A DNA stretch of 64,000 nucleotides, from assembly GCA_963780225.1 (NCBI GenBank), contig CAWAAX010000016.1:66505-130504 (forward strand). The letters are read 5' to 3'. Source of the stretch: an uncultured bacterium. Lineage in GTDB: Bacteria > Edwardsbacteria > AC1 > EtOH8. Both the position numbers and the translations under genes were made by a program. This document shows, piece after piece, positions 11,504 through 18,675 of this stretch (position 1 is its first letter; every line of letters begins with the position of its first letter). The notes under the pieces are model-generated. The model was not told the origin of the DNA, did no database searches, and worked only from the letters and a program-made list of their open reading frames with translations.

Positions 11504-11652
11504 GTGGGTTCTCCGCCAGCAGCCGGGCTTCGGAGTAAGGCGGCGGCGGATCCGCCGTCGCTGGAGCAGTTATAATTCTGCCGGCAGCATATTTGACGTC
11601 TGTTTGACGATAGTCCGCCTGTGGCGGACGGAGATTCCCATCACCCGCTCCA
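11504..11652 (+). repeat. Partial tRNA-Gly duplicate (T-arm and 3' acceptor) split by a 121-bp GC-rich element after TTC of the T-loop; copy A of the tRNA-associated repeat family
   Basis: GTGGGTTC (11504-11511) then the insert then GATTCCCATCACCCGCTCCA (11633-11652), identical to the 3' end of the real tRNA. The insert shares CCGCCAGCAGC...GGCGGCGGCGGATC.GCCGTCGCT...TCTGCCGGC with copy B at 31809-31886. A second terminator hairpin lies at 11667-11694. Confidence 0.6.
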
Positions 11653-11768
11653 TGTAATAAGAAAAACCGCCCGATATAATATCAGGCGGTTTTTCAGTTA
11701 CAGCAGATGAATTATAAAATCCCGAAAATCATGTAAATCCTGTCTAAATGAAGGATCCGGGTGTCAGG

Positions 11769-12077
11769 TTATGACTTGTCCCCGACCTTGAAGCCGATCT
11801 CCTTGCCTTCGGAAGCAAAGGTTTTGATGGCTCCGAACTGAGCCTCGTATTTCTTGATGTTCTCCTCCAGCGCTCCCATGAACGATTTGACATGCTGGGG
11901 GGTGGTCACGATCCTGGCATAGACCTTGGCCTTGGGGATCCCGGGCAGCAGCCGGGCGAAATCCAGCACGAATTCCGATGGGGAGTGGGAGATGAAGGCC
12001 AGGTTGGAGTATATGCCCTCGGCCTCTTTTTCGTTTATCTCTATGTTCACCTGCTGGGGATGGGGGTTGTTTTCCAT
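11769..12077 (-). CDS. DUF3467 domain protein
   Basis: The sequence INEKEAEGIYSNLAFISHSPSEFVLDFARLLPGIPKAKV matches the conserved core of the DUF3467 family. Length 102 aa. Confidence 0.7.
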   Translation of the reverse strand: MENNPHPQQVNIEINEKEAEGIYSNLAFISHSPSEFVLDFARLLPGIPKAKVYARIVTTPQHVKSFMGALEENIKKYEAQFGAIKTFASEGKEIGFKVGDKS

Positions 12078-12225
12078 TTTGTCCTCAATTTATTTGATTT
12101 ATTGTTGCTTGCATTGTATCAAAATCAACTCCCTGATGTCAAGAAGCATGATTTTTATAAACTGTGATTCAGACAGTAGTGAGAAATGGCGTGAAAACTA
12201 TATAATTGGTAAGAAGTCGGGATAA

Positions 12226-12360
12226 CATTGCCACGACCTTCAGGTCGTGGCAATGAAAAGCAAGAAAGATTTGGGCTTTAGCCCGCGGGGTAAAGGGGTT
12301 AAAACCCCGGAGGATATTTTCCCGATCCTAACCCACGAGCTAAAGCTCGTGGCAATTTGA
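12226..12360 (+). other. Cluster of perfect palindromes/hairpins in the divergent intergenic region; candidate operator set or structured RNA
   Basis: ATTGCCACGACC-TTCA-GGTCGTGGCAAT (12-bp arms). GGGCTTTAGCCC. GGGGTTAAAACCCC. CCACGAGC-TAAA-GCTCGTGG followed by CAAT. Confidence 0.3.
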
Positions 12361-12468
12361 AATTGCGAATGGATGTTTTCACACTTTCTATTCTTTGCAT
12401 GCATGTCTCTGGACAAATCCGATTCGATTAACTTCCCACTTCCTGAATCGCAGATTTCCATAAAAACA

Positions 12469-12498
12469 TTTGAATTAGTTTCGATTAGAGTGTATAAT
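12469..12498 (+). promoter_or_regulatory. Promoter TTGAAT-N18-TGnTATAAT (extended -10) for the beta-CASP RNase gene
   Basis: TTGAAT at 12469-12474, TG at 12491-12492, TATAAT at 12493-12498. ATG at 12536. Confidence 0.4.
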
Positions 12499-12535
12499 AA
12501 CTAAACGCTGAATTATGAATTGATAAGAGAATAAA

Positions 12536-13924
12536 ATGAAAATCACTTTTTACGGGGCGGCCCGCACAGTCACCGGCTCGATGTATGTGATAGAGGTGGG
12601 AGGCAAAAAACTCCTGCTGGAATGCGGGATCCATCAGGGACGCAGGGAAGAGAGCGAACAGCGGAACCAGAAACTGCCGTTCGACCCCGCCAAGATCGAC
12701 GCCATGATCCTCTCCCACGCCCATCTGGATCACAGCGGAAACATCCCGACCCTGGTCAAGCAGGGCTTTGCCGGGGACATCTCCATGACAGCGGCCACCC
12801 GTGACCTGCTGGGTCTGATGCTCCGCGACTCGGCCCATATCCAGGAATCCGACACGGTCTTCGTCAATAAAAGGAGAAAGCGGGACGGCCTTGCCCCCAA
12901 AGAGCCTTTGTACACCATGATCGACGCCGAAAAAGCGCTGGATTCCTTTGTCAGCTATTCCTACGAAAGGACTTTCAGCCCCATGCCAGGGGTCAAGGCA
13001 GTGTTTCACGATGCCGGGCACATCCTGGGTTCGGCCATGGTGGACCTGGAATTGACCGAGAACGGAAAGACCAAAAGATTCTTCTTTACCGGGGACCTGG
13101 GGCGGAAGGGCCTGCCCATCATCCGCGATCCCTATCAGCCCCAGGGGGCGGATTATCTGATGATGGAAAGCACCTACGGCGACCGCCTGCACAATCCTAT
13201 AGAACAAAGCGTCCAGAAACTTCAGGACCTGGTGCGCCAGGTCTGCCAGCGCCGGGGCAAGGTTATCATCCCGGCCTTTTCGGTGGGGCGGACCCAGGAG
13301 GTAGTTTACGAACTGCACAAGATGTTCGAGGCCAATACCCTGCCCCGGGTGCCGATCTACGTGGACAGTCCGCTTTCAACCAACGTTACCGGCATCTTCA
13401 AACTGCACCCCGAGTGCTTTGACGCCGAGACCCGGGCCATGATCACCAATCACGACGATCCCTTCGGCTTCGGCCGGCTGACCTACGTCACCAATGCCGA
13501 GGATTCCAAGAAACTGAACTTCTTGAAGGAGCCGGCCATCATCATTTCGGCCTCAGGAATGTGCGAAGCCGGAAGGATCCTGCACCATCTGCGCAACTCG
13601 GTGGGAGATCCCAGGAACGCGGTTCTGATCGTGGGTTTTCAGGCCGAGGGGACCCTGGGCAAGAAGCTGGTGGACAAATGGCCTTCGGTCCGGATCTTCG
13701 GCGAGGAGCATCAGGTGAAAGCCCAGGTGGAGGTACTGAACGGATTTTCGGCCCACGCCGACAAGGATGAACTGCTGGGCTTCGTTCGGCAGGCCAAGAA
13801 CGGCTTCGGACAGCTTATTTTGGTTCACGGCGAGGAAAAACAGTCCCTGATCTTTGCCCAAGGGCTGAAAGACCTGGATCACAAGGTGGAAGTGCCGGTT
13901 CCCGGACAAAGCATGGAGTTGTGA
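12536..13924 (+). CDS. MBL-fold metallo-hydrolase / beta-CASP family ribonuclease (RNase J/CPSF-like)
   Basis: Motif HAHLDHSG. Beta-CASP region. Conserved C-terminal histidines (GFSAHAD). Length 462 aa. Confidence 0.85.
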   Translation: MKITFYGAARTVTGSMYVIEVGGKKLLLECGIHQGRREESEQRNQKLPFDPAKIDAMILSHAHLDHSGNIPTLVKQGFAGDISMTAATRDLLGLMLRDSAHIQESDTVFVNKRRKRDGLAPKEPLYTMIDAEKALDSFVSYSYERTFSPMPGVKAVFHDAGHILGSAMVDLELTENGKTKRFFFTGDLGRKGLPIIRDPYQPQGADYLMMESTYGDRLHNPIEQSVQKLQDLVRQVCQRRGKVIIPAFSVGRTQEVVYELHKMFEANTLPRVPIYVDSPLSTNVTGIFKLHPECFDAETRAMITNHDDPFGFGRLTYVTNAEDSKKLNFLKEPAIIISASGMCEAGRILHHLRNSVGDPRNAVLIVGFQAEGTLGKKLVDKWPSVRIFGEEHQVKAQVEVLNGFSAHADKDELLGFVRQAKNGFGQLILVHGEEKQSLIFAQGLKDLDHKVEVPVPGQSMEL

Positions 13925-13932
13925 TTAAATAC

Positions 13933-13962
13933 TTGACTTTAGTCAACCGGTAAAGTTATAAT
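13933..13962 (+). promoter_or_regulatory. Promoter TTGACT-N18-TATAAT upstream of tRNA-Arg(CCG)
   Basis: TTGACT at 13933-13938 and TATAAT at 13957-13962. About 180 bp of leader, including repeat copy C, precedes the tRNA. Confidence 0.4.
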
Positions 13963-14037
13963 TACTGATTATTGATGATTTTTACAATTTCCCGGACCGA
14001 TCCTTCAGCTTTGAAACCCGGACTCTAAAATAAATAT

Positions 14038-14140
14038 GTGCGCCTGTCTCGCCTTGGGCGGGACCCCGCTGCGGCGGTGGTAGCTTCCCGCCGTTGGCGG
14101 ATCAGGACGCAGGTAAGACCAGCATAAATAAAAGCATACA
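14038..14140 (+). repeat. Diverged copy C of the tRNA-associated GC-rich element, preceded by a duplicated tRNA-Arg 5' end (GCGCCTGT)
   Basis: GTGCGCCTGTC at 14038-14048 mimics the tRNA 5' acceptor stem. CCGCCGTTGGCGGATCAGGACGC resembles GGCGGCGGATCAGCCGTCGC of copies A and B. Confidence 0.4.
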
Positions 14141-14144
14141 AAAC

Positions 14145-14221
14145 GCGCCTGTAGCTCAATTGGATAGAGCGTCGGCCTCCGAAGCCGTAGGTTACACGTT
14201 CAAGTCGTGTCAGGCGCACCA
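14145..14221 (+). tRNA. tRNA-Arg(CCG), CCA encoded
   Basis: Acceptor stem GCGCCTG/CAGGCGC. D-arm GCTCAATTGGATAGAGC. Anticodon loop CTCCGAA. T-arm ACACGTTCAAGTCGTGT. Confidence 0.8.
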
Positions 14222-14263
14222 TAAAGCAAGTTCAGACAAGTTCAGAACGGACAGTCATTCAGC

Positions 14264-16252
14264 ATGAATAGAACGTTATCCAGGTTCATAATGACGAGCA
14301 CCCGCCCGCGATCCGGGGCCTGGCTCGTCTTTTTTGTTGTCCTGGCGGCTTATGTCCTGACGGCTGCCCCCACCATCGGACCGATCGATTCCGGCGAGCT
14401 GACGTTGGTGATTAAGACCCTGGGAATAGCCCATCCCACCGGATACCCGCTTTTCACTTTGCTGGGGAAGATATGGGTCACCCTGATGTTCTGGGGGGAC
14501 CTGGCCTTCCGGCTGAACATCCTTTCCGCCGTTATCGGCGCCTGCTCTGCCGCGCTTTTATTTTTGATACTGCGGGAGTCGGGAATCCGGCTGGAATTGT
14601 CCATTGCCGGAAGCATCTTATGGGCCTTCTCACCGGTGGTCTGGGATCAAGCCACGATGTTAGAGGTCTACGGACTGACATCGTTATTTGGCCTGCTGCT
14701 GATCTGGTTGTCTCTGAGATACAAGGAAAAGAAGGAATACCGGCTATTGGCGTTGATTGCATTTCTGGCCGGGCTTGGTTTGGGAAACCATTTGAGCCTG
14801 TTATGGTATTGGCCAGGAGTTATGATAATAGTATTTAACAGGTCCACCGTTACCAGTTGGAAAAAGATACTGCTGTTAGGCCTTTTCTTTGTCCTGGGCC
14901 TATCGGTCTACCTATATCTGCCCCTGCGCTCGATCAACGGGCCGTTGTTGAACTGGGGGGATCCGTCTAATTGGCCAAGGTTTCTGAGCCACGTCACCGG
15001 CCGTCAGTACCGGGTATGGATGTTCAATAGTTCTTTGTCGGAACTTTGGCATAATATTATCCGTTTTCTGAAAATTGCCCTTGACCATCCCTGGGCATAC
15101 TTCAGCTGGCTGGCAGTTCCCGGATCAGTATATCTGTTCATCAAAAATAAAAGACTTCTGGCGGCCCTGGCCGCTATCATCCTGGCCGCGGTCCTTTATG
15201 GGATCAATTACAGCATTCCGGACATCGCCGCCTATTTCCTGCCGGCTCTGGCCGCGCTGAGCATTGCTGCCGCCATGGGGTTGCAGGCCTTGTCGGAGCT
15301 GGCCTCGGACAGGATCGGACTCAAATCGTCAAGGGCATTCTGTTGGGCGGCCCTGGTATTGGCCTTGGCAGTGCCATCATTTAACTGGAAGCAGGCGGAT
15401 CGCAGCCGGGATCACTTCACGGTTGATTTTGCCAATGACATCCTGGTATCGGCCGGGCCCAATGCTGTGATACTGACCGACAACTGGGATGTTTACGCTC
15501 CCTGCCTGTATCTGCGTCATCAGCAGGGCCTCCGGCCCGATGTGGTGATCATCGACAAGGAGCTGTTGCGCCGCAGCTGGTATTACCGCTATCTGCAAAA
15601 ACAGTATCCGGAGTTTTATGAGTCCTGCCGGCCGGAGATCGAAACCTTCCTGCCGCAGCTGCAACTATTTGAAAGCGGCAGCGTTTATAACCAAGCTGAG
15701 ATCCAATTCCGTTTTGTAGGACTGCTTAATGCCCTGGTGCTACGCAATTATTACGACCGGCCGGCCTATCTGACCCGGGCCAGAAGAGAAGGGGATTACA
15801 GCCAAATGGCCCCCGATTATGAGCGGGTACCCGAAGGACTTTTGTATCGTCTTAAACTTCCCGGAAGTATAATTAGTTTCGAGGCTGACACATTATTCTG
15901 CCAGAAGGCGAAAGCAGGCGATACCCTGAATTTGTCCGGCCGGGAAAGACTGCTTTACAAAACCTATCCCAATCTGCTTTATCAACGGGGCATGTATTTG
16001 GCTCAATACCTGCAATATGCCGAGGCGTTGCCGTATTTTATCAAAGCACTGAGCTATGATGAACGCCATCCCCACATATATCTCGGCTTGGGCGGCGTTT
16101 ACACCGGGCTGAACAGGGTAGAGGATGCTATTATGGCCTTTACCAGGGTGTTGGAATTAGATCCGGCCAATGAGACGGCGCAGGAAAATATCAGCCGCTT
16201 GAGAATGTTTGCCCCCGGGGGACCCAAGAACTATAGGATGGAAACCAAATAG
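14264..16252 (+). CDS. DUF2723-family membrane protein (GT39-like glycosyltransferase fold) with a C-terminal TPR domain
   Basis: N-terminal motif TIGPIDSGELTLVIKTLGIAHPTGYPLFTLLGKIW. Multiple transmembrane helices. C-terminal TPR repeats. Confidence 0.75.
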   Translation: MNRTLSRFIMTSTRPRSGAWLVFFVVLAAYVLTAAPTIGPIDSGELTLVIKTLGIAHPTGYPLFTLLGKIWVTLMFWGDLAFRLNILSAVIGACSAALLFLILRESGIRLELSIAGSILWAFSPVVWDQATMLEVYGLTSLFGLLLIWLSLRYKEKKEYRLLALIAFLAGLGLGNHLSLLWYWPGVMIIVFNRSTVTSWKKILLLGLFFVLGLSVYLYLPLRSINGPLLNWGDPSNWPRFLSHVTGRQYRVWMFNSSLSELWHNIIRFLKIALDHPWAYFSWLAVPGSVYLFIKNKRLLAALAAIILAAVLYGINYSIPDIAAYFLPALAALSIAAAMGLQALSELASDRIGLKSSRAFCWAALVLALAVPSFNWKQADRSRDHFTVDFANDILVSAGPNAVILTDNWDVYAPCLYLRHQQGLRPDVVIIDKELLRRSWYYRYLQKQYPEFYESCRPEIETFLPQLQLFESGSVYNQAEIQFRFVGLLNALVLRNYYDRPAYLTRARREGDYSQMAPDYERVPEGLLYRLKLPGSIISFEADTLFCQKAKAGDTLNLSGRERLLYKTYPNLLYQRGMYLAQYLQYAEALPYFIKALSYDERHPHIYLGLGGVYTGLNRVEDAIMAFTRVLELDPANETAQENISRLRMFAPGGPKNYRMETK

Positions 16253-16435
16253 CAGAAAAATATTGCTACGGAGTATTTTAAGGGAGCTTATTTTGCCAGA
16301 CTTATAGCCAAGGGTTAATGCCTACCTGTAAAACGGTTCCCAGTGATCCGGTAACCGGCTAAAAACTACTGGCTGTAAAACAGCGGTGTTTTTATGGGCA
16401 AAAGAGGCAAATTGAAAATTTACTTCAAAATATTG

Positions 16436-16464
16436 TTGACAAAACCCTTATTAATTAGTAAACT
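16436..16464 (+). promoter_or_regulatory. Promoter TTGACA-N17-TAAACT for holA
   Basis: TTGACA at 16436-16441 and TAAACT at 16459-16464. ATG at 16473. Confidence 0.45.
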
Positions 16465-16472
16465 AATATGTT

Positions 16473-17471
16473 ATGGCAACTATTTCCAGTTTAGATGGTG
16501 ATATCCTTAAGTCCAAAATTCACCCGGCTTACTGCTTTGTGGGCGAGGAAGAATATCTTAAAAGCCTTTATATTAAAAAGATCGCCGGGGCTTTTTTAGG
16601 AGCCGGCGTAGAGCACGGACTGGAGGTTATTTACGGCTCCGAGACCGATGCCAAAGAGATCATTGACCGGGCCCAAAGCCTGGGTATCTTTGCCGAAAAA
16701 CGGGTGCTGGTGGTAAAAGATGCTGATGCCCTTTCTCCCAAAAGCCGCAAGGTAATGCTGGAACATCTTGGCCGCGAACCTTCTTCCGATACCTGCCTGA
16801 TCTTAAGTTCGTTCAAGCTTGACGCCAAGTCCGCTTTTTACCGGGATCTCCAGGAAAATACGGTCTTCGTCTCTTTCGACTGCCTGAAATCTGAAAGCCT
16901 GGTCAATTGGGTGATGCAGAGATCCAAGGAATTGGGCTGCCGGATATCCCTGGCTTCGGCCCAAATGCTGACCCAGATAACCGGTCCAAGTTTGGGACTT
17001 TTGGAACAGGAATTGCTTAAACTGTCATCCTACCTGGAAGGCGGGGCGGACCGGGAGATAAAACCGGAACATATAAAATTGCTGGCCGGAGACACCAGCG
17101 AAGTGGGCGGATTTGAATTGGCCGAGGCTTTGGCCAAGAAAGACCTGAAGCAATCCCTGGCTCTTTTCCACAAAATGCTTAGGACCGGGGAGGACCCGGT
17201 AAAGATGCTGTCCGGCATCAATCATAAGTTCAACACCCTGTGGCGGGTCAAGCTGATGCTGGCCCAGGGCCTTTCCCCGGAAGCAATGGGACGGAAGATG
17301 CGGATCCACCCCTATGCCTTAAAAATGGCGATACCAGCCGCCCAGAAAAGGACCGAGAAGGAATATTGGGGCCTGTTCAACGGGCTTTTCTCCGCTGAAT
17401 TAAAACTGAAGTCTGGAGCCGGAGATCCCAAGAGCTTGTTGCAACAGGTGATTTTCAAACTATCCAGTTAA
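16473..17471 (+). CDS. holA: DNA polymerase III subunit delta
   Basis: Length 332 aa. N-terminus YCFVGEEEYLKS. Delta-subunit helical C-terminal domain. Confidence 0.8.
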   Translation: MATISSLDGDILKSKIHPAYCFVGEEEYLKSLYIKKIAGAFLGAGVEHGLEVIYGSETDAKEIIDRAQSLGIFAEKRVLVVKDADALSPKSRKVMLEHLGREPSSDTCLILSSFKLDAKSAFYRDLQENTVFVSFDCLKSESLVNWVMQRSKELGCRISLASAQMLTQITGPSLGLLEQELLKLSSYLEGGADREIKPEHIKLLAGDTSEVGGFELAEALAKKDLKQSLALFHKMLRTGEDPVKMLSGINHKFNTLWRVKLMLAQGLSPEAMGRKMRIHPYALKMAIPAAQKRTEKEYWGLFNGLFSAELKLKSGAGDPKSLLQQVIFKLSS

Positions 17472-17495
17472 TCATTATTTAGAAAAGTAAAAAAG

Positions 17496-18389
17496 ATGGC
17501 ACAGGAAGTTCTGACCGGGAATGAAAGCATCGAGGAGCTGCAAAAGCTTTACGATGTTTTCACCAACAGGATCAGGCTGATCGACGAGAAGAAGGCCAAC
17601 ACCAAACCTGAGATATATCAAAAGGTGCGGAACGAATACGACGCCAAGCTGCTGGAACTCCAGGTTCTGTTGGAGGAAAAAGGCGCCGGGATGGAGGAGG
17701 CATTGAACCAGGCTTTGGCCGAAAAGGATCGGATACTCCCTCAATTACAGGAAGTATCCAACACCTTGGAAGAGCTGGAGCTGAGAGTGATCATCGGCGA
17801 AGTGACGGAAGATGAGAAAGCAGCTCAGGAACAGGCGCTTTTGGCACAAAAGTCCGAGATGGAAAGTAATGTGGCCGCCTTGAATGAGAAGATCCAAAAA
17901 CTGAGCAGTTTTGTCAAAGGCAAAGCTTCCCCGGCGGCGGCAATTACAACTGCATCTCCGGTTCATTCGACCCATAAATCTGTTTCTCCTGCGCCCAAAC
18001 CGGTTCCGGTAGCCGCCCCGCCGGTTCAGAACCTGCCGGAATCGTTGCAGCCCCCGGTCAGCGAAATGGAGGAATTGGAGAAGCAGTTTGCCAGCATACT
18101 GGGTTCAAATTTTGGAGAGGCCCCGGCCCAGCCAGCTCCGGCTCCGGCACCGGCACCGGCAGAAGTGATGCCCCGGACTCATGGGATTCCAGCTTTTGAA
18201 GCGCCGCCTGAACTGCCGGCCGCCTTGCAGACCCCGGAAGAACCGGCGGCCTTATCCGAGGAGGAATCCCACGAGGGCGAGCTTAAATGCCCCAAGTGCG
18301 CGGCTTATAACCGGGCCGACAACTGGTACTGCGAAAAATGCGGCAATGAGCTGCTGAGCGCCCAGGACCTTTTTGGAGGCGGAAAGTAA
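17496..18389 (+). CDS. Coiled-coil protein with a Pro/Ala-rich linker and a C-terminal zinc ribbon (CPKC...CEKC)
   Basis: Heptad-rich N-terminal half. Motif CPKCAAYNRADNWYCEKCGNEL at the C-terminus. Confidence 0.55.
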   Translation: MAQEVLTGNESIEELQKLYDVFTNRIRLIDEKKANTKPEIYQKVRNEYDAKLLELQVLLEEKGAGMEEALNQALAEKDRILPQLQEVSNTLEELELRVIIGEVTEDEKAAQEQALLAQKSEMESNVAALNEKIQKLSSFVKGKASPAAAITTASPVHSTHKSVSPAPKPVPVAAPPVQNLPESLQPPVSEMEELEKQFASILGSNFGEAPAQPAPAPAPAPAEVMPRTHGIPAFEAPPELPAALQTPEEPAALSEEESHEGELKCPKCAAYNRADNWYCEKCGNELLSAQDLFGGGK

Positions 18390-18408
18390 GTTTTTTCACT
18401 AAAGACAA

Positions 18409-18442
18409 AAGCCTTCAGTAACGTTATTGCTGAAGGCTTTTT
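18409..18442 (+). terminator. Rho-independent terminator after the zinc-ribbon gene
   Basis: Hairpin GCCTTCAG...CTGAAGGC followed by TTTTT. Confidence 0.6.
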
Positions 18443-18577
18443 AAATACTTATCAATGATTATCTAACTTATTAGGGAACCATTATCCACAGACGTTGTAG
18501 TGAGTGGCAGCCGAACTATTAACGCAGATTGTAACAAATTGTTTTGTAAATAACAATATAAATTTGTATTGCAACAT

Positions 18578-18605
18578 CTGCGGAAATCTGTGAAATCTGC
18601 GGATA
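18578..18605 (+). promoter_or_regulatory. Second copy of the TCTGYG x3 direct-repeat motif, upstream of leuS
   Basis: CTGCGGAAATCTGTGAAATCTGCGGATA. A partial reverse-orientation unit (CGCAGATTTCC) lies at about 12449-12459. Confidence 0.4.
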
Positions 18606-18675
18606 AAAATACTTTAAGGTTATGGACCTGAGCTAATCGCATATACCTTTATCAACCATTTATCAGAATACAAAG

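Noticed and set aside
11300-11760. Intact prophage or integrative element at tRNA-Gly
   Set aside because: Only about 200 bp separates the tRNA from its partial 3' duplicate. No integrase, excisionase or cargo genes. Interpreted as a small element or scar, not a prophage.
14025-14222. 65-aa minus-strand ORF
   Set aside because: Lies over tRNA-Arg(CCG) and its leader repeat. It is an artefact of the tRNA sequence.
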